From the NCBI RefSeq assembly GCF_044704955.1, contig NC_091984.1, forward strand, positions 147,250,001 through 147,314,000: DNA of 64,000 bases, given 5' to 3'. Positions 26,890-39,000 of this stretch are shown in pieces. The DNA is from Pristiophorus japonicus (Eukaryota). Both the position numbers and the translations under genes were made by a program. Positions within the stretch are counted from its first letter, which is position 1. The number at the start of each line of letters is the position of its first letter. The notes below the pieces were generated by a model. The model did not search any database. It had not been told where the DNA came from and saw only the letters and a program-made list of their open reading frames with translations.

Positions 26890-27625
26890 TGATGGAGAGG
26901 TTTTGGCAGGTTGTTCCAGAGCTTGGGGCCCAGGCAACAGGAGACAGGGCCAGCAATGTTTGAGTGATTTTAATCAGGGATGCTCAAGAGGGCAGAATTA
27001 GAGGAGCACAGCATCTTCGGGGGTTGTGGGGCTGGAGGTGATACAGAGATAGGGAGGGGTGAGACCATGGAGGGATTTGAAAACAAGGAAGAGAATTTTG
27101 AAATCGAGACGTCGCTTAACCGGGAGCCAATGTCGGTCAGCGAGCACAAGGGGTGATGGGTGAGTGGGCTCGGTGCGAGTTAGGACACGGGTCAATGGGC
27201 ACAGGGGTGATGGGTGAGTGGAACTTGGTGCGAGTTAGGACACGGGCTGCCTAGTTTTGGATCACCTCTAGTTTACGCTGGGTAGAATGTGGGAGGCCAG
27301 CCAGGAGTGCGTTGGAATAGTCGAGTCTAGAGGTAACAAAGGCATGGATGAGGGTTTCAGCAGAGGATGAGCTGAGGCAGGGGTGGAGACGGACGATGTT
27401 ACGGAGGTGGAAATAGACGGTTTTAGTTATGTTGCGGATGTGTGGCCGGAAGCTGATTTCAGGGACAAATATGACACCAAGCTTGTGAATAGTGTGGTTC
27501 AACCTCAGACAGAAGTTGGGGAGAGGGATGGACTCATGGCTAGGGAACGGAGTTTGTGGCGGGACTGAAAACAATGGCTTCAGTCTTTCCAACATTGAAT
27601 TGGAGAAAATTTCTGCTCATCCGGA
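26890..27625 (-). mobile_element. L2-clade LINE fragment
   Basis: Translates AETLIHAFVTSRLDYSNALLAGLP and HWLPVKRRLDFKIL. Confidence 0.88.
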
Positions 27626-28521
27626 ACAACACAGTGAAGGTGCAGCTGGGAGGAGGCTAAAGTCAACAATTTTTTGGCTGCAGTAAATTTTTGTTCTAAT
27701 TCGGAGAATTATTTAAAGCCGAAAAAATACGGGGAAGTGATTTTGGATGTGGCCGGTTCATTTGAAGTTAAATTTTGTTGGGTGTTGTCCCCTGTTTGAA
27801 AGCGTTTCTCAGGGTTTTTTAAATCATGTTACGACAGACGAGAAAAGAGTTGTGGTCACATTTGTATCTCAGAGTTTGTGAGAGACGGAGGGAACGGCAG
27901 CAGAAAAAGAGGAAACAACATCTCCAAAACTGATCCCAACTCATCGCCGAGGCTGGGGGTAGATAAGCTCACTGCCTTCCGAGCAAGTTTCACCACTTTA
28001 TTCACTTTCTTATTTGAGCTCTGATTGGATCTGTTTACTTGATTATTTTTTGGTGCATGTGTAACGACAGTATTGAGGCAGCGCAGATAAACATGGAGCA
28101 TTTTCTTCTCCCAAAGCTACATGGGGCCTGGAAAACAATGTAAGATTTTTCATGAACGTTTCACAAAAAGTGAGTGTTGGAAACACTTTTCCACCTAAGT
28201 TTCGAAGATAATTTCAGAAGAAACAAACAAAAATCAATTATCCCCTCATCAAAGCAATTCTCAACCTGATCTTAAAATCCAAATGCTTTTAAAGTGTCTC
28301 CGAATTGCTTAAACCATGTAAAATTGAAGTTTCTCAGAATTAGATTTGGAACGTGCAGGTTTATACAAACATGCACTCCATGCTGTTAAGGAGGGGAGGG
28401 CAGTGAAGGATTTGTAGGAGTTACACCTCACTTTTTATTGACTGATTATAAATTATCAATAAGCCATTTAGGAAGAGAACCAAAAAAAGGTAAACACACA
28501 AACCATTTAAATTTATACAAT

Positions 28522-28912
28522 ATAAAAACAGAAAATGCTGGAAATACTCAGCAGGTCAGGCAGTAACTGTGCAGAGAGAAACATTGTTCACGTTTCAGGT
28601 CTGTCACCTTTCAACAGAACTGGGAAATGTTAGAGATGGAACAGATTTAAAACCGGTGCAGAGGCAGAGAAAGTTGGGAGGGGAGGAAGGAAAGGGAAGG
28701 TCTGTGTTATGGTGCAAGGCATGAGTGGTTAAATCCTGCCTCTGCACCAAGTTAAAATCTGTCACATCTCTAACTTCTTCCAGTTCTGACAAAAGGTCAC
28801 AGACCTAAAACGTTAACTTTGTTTCTCTCTCCACAGATGCTACCTGACCTGCTGAGTAGTTCCAGCATTTTCTGCTTTAGTTTCAGATTCCAGCATCCGC
28901 TGTATTTTGCTA
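28522..28912. mobile_element. Penelope-like element remnant: inverted terminal (pLTR) copies forming a hairpin
   Basis: Arms of about 145 bp, AAATGCTGGAAATACTCAGCAGGTCAGGCAG... and ...GATGCTACCTGACCTGCTGAGTAGTTCCAGCATTTTCTG. The Penelope assignment is from recalled shark Penelope termini. Confidence 0.65.
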
Positions 28913-29769
28913 TTGTGAACCATTTTGTTCTAAAGTCCAAATAAGTCCTAGGAAAAATGTAAATATAGATTTACTCTTAAACGTTTAGTGGAATGTTAAT
29001 AGAAACAATAATTGTGCAATGATGTGTAAAAATTTCAGGAAGAAACTTTAGAAGAAACCAGTATTTGTTTATTGAGAAAGACACAGAAAATACTTTGATT
29101 AAACGGATCATGTACAATTTCGATTTGATATATATCTTTAAAATAATAGATTAAAAATTGGGAGTACAATGAAGTTTAATTGGGAAGTATGCTAAATAAT
29201 TTAACACGTCGTGGTAAAAGCACGGATGAATATTGTGCCGAATGTTTGAGAGAAAAACATTAGAAGGAAAATTTATAAATAAACATCTTTACGTCACCAT
29301 ATTATAAACACTTCCAAGTCAGTCTGATTGGTTCTCCTGTCCAGGAAGAAAGATGCCTGTACATTTCTGTTCAATGATCGCTTTTCCTGCTTTTTGTTTT
29401 TAGTTTGGTGACACACTGTGTGTATGTGTTTTTCTGCACTGGTGAATAAGTGCTGCATTTCTGACATGTTACCTGGGGGGTGTGCTGGTTCAAGAAGACC
29501 ATGTTTAATAATGGAACTGATTGCAGTTGGAAATTCGCGTCCCGTTTTGGTTCAATTCTTTTTAATATCGTGAACTAAAGAACTATGGCTTTATATTTGT
29601 TGGTTGTCTGTTTGCATTGTGATGAATATTCTAATTACTTATGTGGACGTACAGCACGTCAGCACCATAGGAAAGGCCCTGCTCCGGCTGTATGTGCAGC
29701 CGTTGCTATAGTGACATCACGGAGGGGGCTCATACTTTGACCACTTTATAATTAATACAAATTGCTCCA

Positions 29770-30070
29770 CTAGATATGCCTCTTTCAGTTCATCTTGTGC
29801 ATTTCCATTGTTTGTCAATGCACAACCATGTAACTCAGTGACGTTTCTAAAGAGCTAGTGTATTATTATATCCCACTCATTTCTGACATGGTTTGATACA
29901 GGTTGAACATAACTTCTCTGCTTTTGAACTCTAATCCGCTAGAAATGAACTCCATTGTTTTATTTGCACTGTTATGGTCTTATTATCCTCTGTTGCTACT
30001 TTTAGTGATTTGTGTATCTGTACTCATAGATCCCTTTGCACCTCGACACCATTTAGACTTATTTTCCAAG
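29770..30070 (-). mobile_element. Old CR1 fragment
   Basis: Minus strand reads GVEVQRDL*VQIHKSLKVA..., followed by degenerate CR1 RT C-terminal motifs. Confidence 0.6.
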
Positions 30071-31043
30071 GGTCGGTAGGGTCCGTATCCCTCCTACCAT
30101 TTTACACCACCTCTCAATAATTCACTAAGCCTGTGTCAGCTCCGTCTAGTTTCTGAAGCCTACCCTGCCCCAGTGGATTGCGGGTGTTCCAATCACACTA
30201 TCATGGGAATAGTAGTGAGGATGCCGGTCATGGATGGGACAGCCCGACCCTCACCGGTATACAGGGTGGAGAACACTGGGGTCATTCAAGGAGGTGCACA
30301 TGTTCATTTCACAGCGTTCCCACCTATGACATAAAGTGGGTGCAAGCTAAGACAGATACTGACCTCTCTGGGTGCCGGAGCCAGGGTGCGCACATAATAC
30401 TGTGCCCCCAGCACTTGAACGCCTATTCCAAACCACAGTGCGGGTTTAAAGCTGCTGGCACACAACCTATCAACTGTACCATGGAGGTGATGGCACAAGT
30501 CCATGTTCCTCCACAGGTAGCAAAAATAGGGGGTGGGACATACTGTGTCACCACGAGTGTGCCCCACTACCAGCATGGATAGCACATTTGGTGTCCGGTG
30601 AGTGAAAGCATTTTCTGTTTTAAACTCGAGGCAGAAGTTCAAGTGGCTCAGGAACGGATTGTCCCCATTCCTGAACCCTCCTCTGTTCACCTCACTGTAA
30701 GTGACAACATAACAAACCTGCAAGACTGTCGCATACTTTGGTTATTAGATCCCCCCTCTACCCGAACATCTTACTGCCCTACTGAAAGCTGTTCTAGAGT
30801 ATAGAACATTTCTATACTCTAGAACAAAAAACAGTTGAGATAGGGGGCGAGATTTCAGAAATCACAGTTCCACCTTGGTGGAATATTTTCAGAAATATAG
30901 AGGTCTCAGCCGGGATCAGAATAGCTTCCCACGTTTTAGTTGTCTGCCAGCTCGCGATTATTCTTTATCTATGGTGTACTACGTGCAAGGTGAGAGGCAG
31001 AGGTCATTGGTCCTGGCACCAGAGGGTGCTGGACGAGCCCTAG
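30070..31043 (+). pseudogene. env: 5'-truncated retroviral envelope, F-type (lokiretrovirus/paramyxovirus-F-like) C-terminal half
   Basis: Across frameshifts it reads MGIVVRMPVM...VYRVENTGVIQG...VPTY...DLSGC...IILCPQH...QCGF...NCTMEV...GGGTYCVTT..., heptad YTLEQKTVEIGGEISEI, PWW, then TM IRIASHVLVVCQLAIILYLWC. It is followed by a PPT and an LTR. Confidence 0.7.
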
Positions 31044-31307
31044 CTGAACTTAAAGATTGTATCAGGGAGGGAAGCACAAAATATGATAGAACACTGCAGA
31101 AGAATCGCAGTCGCCCGGTGAGGTCCGGTTTAGATTCCACCTGCTGTAAAAAACGCAGAGGACAAGTGTTAAAAAGTTTGTCCTATGTGTGTTTTACTGT
31201 GTACTTTTTGTGAAACTGGAGTAATGGAGGGGCGTTGGACCCTTCAATGCTGTAATGTGACTTATGACGGAATTTACCTGTAAACAGTAATACATCTCAA
31301 AGGGGAA

Positions 31308-34043
31308 TGTACGTTTGGGTTTAGCTGGGTAAATTACAGGGGAAGGTGGGCTCTTGGGAATCAGGAATTTTGTTCATTTAGGATGACACTCTGGGGTGAA
31401 GAGTGGTAAATGGGGGATTGTAAGATTCCAAAATTCGTGGAAAGCCCGCCAGTGTTTGGACTCACTGAAAAGGAAATTAAGCAGAAGGTTTGGGATCCTG
31501 AAATGCCCATGGAAGAAATCTACGAGTTTTAACCAAGTTTGGGATTTTAAAAAGGTGCATGTTGGGTCTGTGAGAAAAGGGCTGCAAGACCAGGGGTGGG
31601 TTCAACCTCTGAAAAACCCGTTTGGATATTGGAGCTAATCAAGCTAATCAAGCTGTCTGGGGATATTGGAGCTAATCAAGCTGTCTGGGGATATTGGAGC
31701 TAATCAAACTGTCTGGGGATATTGGAGCTAATCAAGCTGTCTGGGGATATTGGAGCTAATCAAATTGTCTGGGGATATTGGAGCTAATCAAATTGTCTGG
31801 GGATATTGGAGCTCATCAAGCTGTCTGGGGATATTGGAGCTAATCAAGCTGTCTGGGGATATTGGAGCTAATCAAGCTGTCTGGGGATATTGGAGCTAAT
31901 CAAGCTGTCTGGGGATATTGGAGCTAATCAAGCTGACTGGGGATATTGGAGCTAATCAAGCTGTCTGGGGATATTGGAGCTAATCAAACTGTCTGGGGAT
32001 ATTGGAGCTAATCAAGCTGTCTGGGGATATTGGAGCTAATCAAGCTGTCTGGGGATATTGGAGCTAATCAAACTGTCTGGGGATATTGGAGCTAATCAAA
32101 CTGTCTGGGGATATTGGAGCTAATCAAGCTGTCTGGGGATATTGGAGCTAATCAAACTGTCTGGGGATATTGGAGCTAATCAAGCTGTCTGGGGATATTG
32201 GAGCTAATCAAGCTGTCTGGGGATATTGGAGCTAATCAAGCTGTCTGGGGATATTGGAGCTAATCAAACTGTCTGGGGATATTGGAGCTAATCAAGCTGA
32301 CTGGGGATATTGGAGCTAATCAAGCTGACTGGGGATATTGGAGCTAATCAAGCTGTCTGGGGATATTGGAGCTAATCAAACTGTCTGGGGATATTGGAGC
32401 TAATCAAACTGTCTGGGGATATTGGAGCTAATCAAACTGTCTGGGGATATTGGAGCTAATCAAGCTGTCTGGGGATATTGGAGCTAATCAAACTGTCTGG
32501 GGATATTGGAGCTAATCAAACTGTCTGGGGATATTGGAGCTAATCAAGCTGTCTGGGGATATTGGAGCTAATCAAGCTGTCTGGGGATATTGGAGCTAAT
32601 CAAATTGTCTGGGGATATTGGAGCTAATCAAGCTGTCTGGGGATATTGGAGCTAATCAAATTGTCTGGGGATATTGGAGCTAATCAAACTGTCTGGGGAT
32701 ATTGGAGCTAATCAAGCTGTCTGGGGATATTGGAGCTAATCAAGCTGACTGGGGATATTGGAGCTAATCAAGCTGTCTGGGGATATTGGAGCTAATCAAG
32801 CTGTCTGGGGATATTGGAGCTAATCAAACTGTCTGGGGAACTGTTTACTCTCAAACCTGCCCCCAGAAGACATTTACATTTCAACAATCGACCCAAGGAA
32901 GTACAGTTTCAATCCAAGCACAGGACCCATTCGACACATGCATAATGCCAATCACCTTTCCGGCCTGCATAGAAAGCTGGGTCCCAGGCAGACAACTCGA
33001 CATCAGAAACTAGCTTTAACAATTGCGACTCGAAACCCACAGATAATTTTAACAATTGACGCATTTTCAATCCAGATACCGGTCCACGAGCGCACCAAAA
33101 TTAAACAAAGAACCAAGGTTGATTTGGCGAGCAGATTAGGGGATCTCACACAGTATAACTGGGGGCCAGTTTTTATAGTCAGGACTGCACTTTGCTTCTC
33201 CAGCAGCCTCGTATGCTTCAGAGCTGGCAGACAACAAGATCAGCACACCAGCTTCGTTAACCTGGTTCTTCAGAACATCAACCAAGACAGGATCGCAAGC
33301 GACCAGGACATCAAGCACACCGTGGCAGCGAGAGGCTCATGAAACAACCACCAAGTTATTACCAGCAACCAAATTGGTAATATTGAGCCACCACGACCAA
33401 CGATTTCAAAACCGAAGTCACCTCGACGAAAACCCGAAGATTTGAAAGCTGTTTCCACTCTACCAGCTATCCCTGAGCTACCAACGGGTACAACATTACC
33501 TAAAAGAACTTTAAAAACTACTGCTGAAGGAAGAAAGTGGGTACTTAGCCCATAGATCCAATACACGCCCTACCGCATCAGCGGACACCACCCAACTGTG
33601 GAACACGCAGCAAGAAGTCCTCTCCTACGTTCTGGGTAGGGCTAGCAGAATCAACAACGCACCCCGAAACGCGACCCATTACTGACTGTCAAGGAAGGGT
33701 TGGTGAGCATTGTCCCTGAAGCCCCAGAGCCTAACTTAGTTAGAAAGAGGAATTGGGAGGTGGGCGGTATTGACATGCTATGTATTCTCTTGTGTTTTAG
33801 TAAAGGATTCCCTATTAGAGTGATAAGTTTTCTCTCATTTAAAATGATAAGTTTTCTCAGTTTTTAATAAAAGGTGTATTCATTCTTCTTGAATAAAATC
33901 CATAACTTCTTTGTACAAAACGGTTGTCTGCTGCACTTTATCACACCCTGATTAATAAATCCAGGCTCGAGAACAGGGAGTGGGAGCAACTCACAACCGC
34001 TCTGGGTCAGGAAGGAAAACTGACAGACACACCACCCTCAACA
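31308..34043 (+). mobile_element. 3' LTR of the F-type-env retrovirus (about 1.5 kb plus a 1.2-kb internal tandem array)
   Basis: PPT AAAGGGGAA at 31299-31307, then TGTA; AATAAA at about 33866 and 33892; ends CACCACCCTCAACA; colinear homology with 62202-63766. Confidence 0.85.
31624..32838. repeat. 28-bp tandem array GGGGATATTGGAGCTAATCAAGCTGTCT, about 43 copies, within the LTR U3
   Basis: Head-to-tail copies with four main variants (AAGCTGTCT, AAACTGTCT, AAATTGTCT, AAGCTGACT) and no spacers. Confidence 0.98.
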
Positions 34044-34290
34044 CTCAGGACTGCCACTCTGACAGTGCAGCAGTCCCTCAGTACTGCCCCTCTGACAGTG
34101 TGGCACTCCCTCAGTACTGCCCCTCTGACAGTGCAGCACTCCCTCAGTACTGCCCCTCTGACAGTGCAGCACTCCCTCAGTACTGCCCCTCTGACAGTGC
34201 GGCACTCCCTCAGTACTGCCCCTCTGACAGTGCAGCACTCCCTCAGTACTGCCCCTCTGACAGTGCAGCACTCCCTCAGGACTGCACAGT
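34044..34290. repeat. 33-bp SINE-derived minisatellite CTCCCTCAGTACTGCCCCTCTGACAGTGCAGCA, about 7 copies, in a minus-strand SINE head
   Basis: Reverse complement matches the SINE segment at about 10100-10140; GGCTTGAACCCAC (box B) follows at about 34331. Confidence 0.85.
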
Positions 34291-36079
34291 AATGTATGTC
34301 TTTATTTTACACTCAGGTCCCTGGAGTGGGGCTTGAACCCACGATACAACATTGCATCACTGGATGCCGCACAGTCTGAACTGTGAGTCATATCCCGACC
34401 TCAGTTGGAACAGCTAACTCAGAACAAACAACAACAGCAACTTTTATACAGCACCTTTAACACAGTAAAACTCCCCGAGCGCTTCACAGGAGCGTTATAG
34501 AATAAAGATTGACAGCGAGCCACGTAAGGAGACATTGAAAATTGCAGCTCAGTCAAATTGTGAGTGAAATTGGCAGTGCTGCCTTCATACCAAAAGGGGG
34601 CGATGTTGGTTCTGAAAAGACCAAATTTTTGGACAATTTTTGTGTCACGCAATTGATTGGTTTGTAAAACGCGTTTTTACCAAACCTCCAGTCAGGTTTG
34701 CAGAATCATTTCCAGTTCCCCACGTGTCATTTGATGGTGGATCTCAGCGTGTATCTCCTCGTCCGCTCGTGAGGCGGTGTCTCAGACTGATTGGTGGGTC
34801 AGCAGCCACTCCGCACCGCAGCGAGCATCGGCAGGCCATTCCACTGTGGGAGGCCTCACCGCAGAGCTCGGTGCACGGGGTATATCCACACAGGGACGCT
34901 CTGCCACCAGGTACAGCAGCAACAAACTGCATTGCTGTAGCAACTGGAACATTAGAACAACATCCCGAGGCAGCTGACAGAGGCGTAATCTGGTCAAAGT
35001 GGTGCTGAGCCAAAGGGGGAGGGGCTGGGAGGGTGATCAAAACCCTCAGTCACAGATTGGGTTTGAAGGGAGGTCTTAAAAGCGGAGAGGGATGGAGTGG
35101 CAGAGAGATTTAGGGAGCAGGGAGTTAGGGCCCAGGCAGCTGAAGGCACGGCCCCCAATGGAGGGGGAAGGGAAGGGGGGGATGGATAAGAAACCTGAGC
35201 CAGATACCGCGGCCCCTGAACACAACAACAACTTGCATTTATATAGCGAGTGTTGTGACAATGACAGACAGCGAGAATATAACCCTGATAATGTAACACA
35301 GTATTTGCAGCACTTGACACTGTGGGGAAAGCTTGTAATTTTAAATCCATGAGCTGTACATAAGTGAGAACAGGACCTGTTTGTGGCCGGTGCAGAGATC
35401 ACCACTTACAGAAGGTAGTTACTGCAGGGAATTCAGGGCCACAGTCACCTCCTGGACTAGTTTCCATCGCCTGGGGGGGGGGGGGCGGGGGGCAGGGGGG
35501 CAGGAGAGGAGTTTCCCAGATTTATTTTCCCCCAATGGGTTTTTACCTGGTTTTTCGCCTCTCCCGAGAGGGTGTGGTGGAGAGTCTATACTGTGATACA
35601 CAAGGTATCACAATTGTGTGGGACGGGCTGGATGGACCACAGGGTCTTTACCTGTCCGTCACTCTCCGCGGGTTTGGGTTTCAAAGATGTGGAGCTGAAT
35701 TGGAAAGAAAGACTTGCATTTATATAGCGCCTTTCACCACCTCAGGACGTCCCAAAGCGCTTTACAGCCAATGAAGTACTTTTGAAGTGTAGTCACAGCG
35801 GTAATGGAGGAGACACGACAGACAGTTTGTGCACAGCAAGCTCCCACATGTGACTATGACCAAATAATGGCCCAAATTGCATATCGCCCCGGTTAGGGCG
35901 GTAACTTTCCCTACGTCCAGGTCCCACCCCGGAAGCGAAATTGGGGTCACGGCCCCTGACAGGAAGTGGAGCGCAATGTAGTGCGCTGCACCTCCCCTGG
36001 GGGTGGGCTCGGGGGCCAGTGCCGGGCTGCACCATCACGGCACCGACCCCGCCACATCAGCACAGAAAGGCCCGACCGG

Positions 36080-39000
36080 AGAACTTTTTTAGCCAGTATG
36101 TAACAAGCCCAACAAGGGAGGGGACGGTTCTGGACTTGGTTTTGGGGAATGAAGAGGGGCAGGTGGAAGGGGTATCAGTGGGAGAGCATTTTGGTGCTAG
36201 TGATCATAATTCAGTTAGATTTAGGGTAGTTATGGAAAAGGACAAAGATAGACCAGGAATAAAAGTTCTCAATTGGGGAAAAGCCAATTTTGCTGAGCTG
36301 AGATGAGATTTGGCCAAAGTGGACTGGAAACGGCTAGTTGAAGGTAAATCAGTGTCAGAGCAGTGGGAGGCATTCAAGGAGGAAATCCTGTGGTTTCAGA
36401 GAAAGTATGTTCCCTTAAAGAAAAAGTGTGGGACTAACAAATCTAGAGGCCGCTGGATGTCAAGGGAAATACAGTGTCGGATAAAGTAAAAAAGGGAGGC
36501 TTATGACAGATACCGAGGGCTCAATACTGCAGGAACTTTAGAGGAGTATAGAAAGTGCAGGGGTGCAATTAAAAAGGAAATTAAGAAAGCAAAGAGAGAG
36601 CATGAAAACATTTTCGCAAGTAAAATCAAGGAAAACCCAAAGATGTTTTATAAATACATTAAGAGCAAGTGGATTGCTAAAGAAAGAGTTGGGCCTATTA
36701 GAGATGTTGTGTCTCTGCACCTTGTTACAAACTCACACGAGGCATGGATATATCATACACGGTCACCCTGTGACCTTCACTTTATTCCCATGACTAAAGA
36801 GTGCTGATCCTGGGTGGGACCTCCCCTTTTAAACCTGGAAGCCCAGGTGAGGAGCTCACTCCCTGTGGTCAGGGTGTGAATTACAAGGGTACAGGTACAG
36901 TATGCATGAGTTACAGTTACATACTTATAGTCATTGCAAGATGGTGAAATACATGACAAAGGTAATCTGTGTGTGGAGGCGTAAGACGTGGGTATGGATC
37001 TTAATGAATACTTTGCATCTGTTTTCACAAAAGAGAGGGGCGATGCAGACATTGTAATCAGGGAGGAGGAGTGTGAAATATTAGATGAAATAAACATAGT
37101 GAGAGCGGAAGTATTAAGCGACTTAATAGCGATGAAAGTGGATAAATCCCCTGGCCCGGATGAAATGTATCCCAGGTTGCTCATAGAAGCAAAAGAGGAA
37201 ATAGCAGAGGCTCTGACCATCATTTTCCAATCCTCTCTGGCTACAGGTGTGGTATGAGAGGACTAGAGGTCTGCTAATGTTGCACATTTGTTTAAAAAGG
37301 GAGAAAGGGATAGACCAAATAATTACAGGCCAGTCAGTGATGGGAAAATTATTAGAAAAAATTCTGAGAGACAGGATCAATCTTCATTCAGAAAGACAGA
37401 CATTAATCAAGGACAGTCAGCATGGACTTGTTAAGGGAAGATTGTGTCTGACTAACTTAATTGAATTCATCGAGGAAGTAATAAGAAGGATCTCTGACGT
37501 CAGCACGTTTGATGTAGTGTATATGGATTTTAGCAAGACATTTGATAAGGTCTCACATGGCAGACTGGTCATGAAAGTAAAAGCCCATGGGATCCAGGGC
37601 AAACTGGCAAGTTGGATCCAAAATTGGCTCAGAGGCAGGAAACAAAGGGTAATGGTTGATGGATGTTTTTGTGACTGAAAGGCTGTTTCCAATGAGGTTC
37701 CGCAGGACTCAGTACTAGGTCCCTTACTTTTTGTGGTATATATTAATGATTTAGACTTGAATGTAGGGGAATGATAAAGAAGTTTGCAGATGATGTGTAA
37801 TGAGAATGGACTAATTAATAATCTTATTGTGCGAGGGGCCCCTTATTAAGATGGTGAGTGACACAGTTAGTTCAGAGCCTAGGGTCCTGAAATTAAGGAA
37901 AGGTAACTTTGATGATATGAGACGTGAATTGGCTAGAATAGACTGGCGAGTGATACTTAAAGGGTTGACGGTGGATAGGCAATGGCAAACATTTAAATAT
38001 CACATGGATGAAATTCAACAATTATACATCCCTGTCTGGACTAAAAATATAACGGGGAAGGTGGCTCAACCGTGGCTAACAAGGGAAATTAAGGATAGTG
38101 TTAAATCCAAGGAAGAGGCATATTAATTGGCCAGATAAAACAGCAAACCTGAGGACTGGGATAATTTTGTAATACAGCAGAGGAGGACAAAGGGTTTAAT
38201 TAGGAGGGGGAAAATAAGGTATGAAAAGAAGCTTGCTGGGAATATAAAAATTGACTGTAAAAGTTTCTATCGATAAGTGAAGAGAAAAAGATTAGTAAAA
38301 ACAAATGTAGGTCCCTTGCAGTTAGATTCAGGTGAATTTATAATGTGGAACAAAGAAATGGCAGTCCAGTAAAACAAATACTTTGGTTCTGTCTTCACGA
38401 AGGAAGACACAAATAACCTTCCGGAAATTCTAGCGGACCGAGGGTTTAGTGAGAAGGAGGAACTGAAGGAAATCCTTAATAGGCAGGAAATTGTGTTCAT
38501 GAAATTGATGAGATTGAAGGCCGATAAATCCCCAGGGCCTGATAGTCTGCATCCCAGAGGACATAAGGAAGTAGCTCTAGAAATAGTGGATGCATTGGTG
38601 ATCATTTTCCAACAGTCTATCGAATCTGGATCAGTTCCTCTGGAGTGGAGGGTAGCAAATGTAACACCACTGTGTAAAAAAGGAGAGAGAGAGAAAATGG
38701 GTAAGTATAGACCGGTTAGCCTGACAGTAGTGGGGAAAATGTTGGAAACAATTATTAAAGATGAAATAGCAACGCATTTGGAAAGCAGTGACAGGATCGG
38801 TCTAAGTCAGCATGGATTATGAAAGGGAAATCATGCTTAACAAATCTTCTGGAATTTTTTGAGGATGTAACTCGTAGAGTGGACAAGGGAGAACCAGTGG
38901 ATGTGGTGTATTTGGACTTTCAAAAGGCTTTTGGGAAGGTCCCACACAAGAGATTGGTGTGCAATATCAAATCACATGGTATTGGGGATAATGTACTGAT

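Noticed and set aside
31624-32838. CRISPR-like 28-bp repeat array
   Set aside because: Units are head-to-tail with no unique spacers, there are no cas genes, and the context is a eukaryotic LTR.
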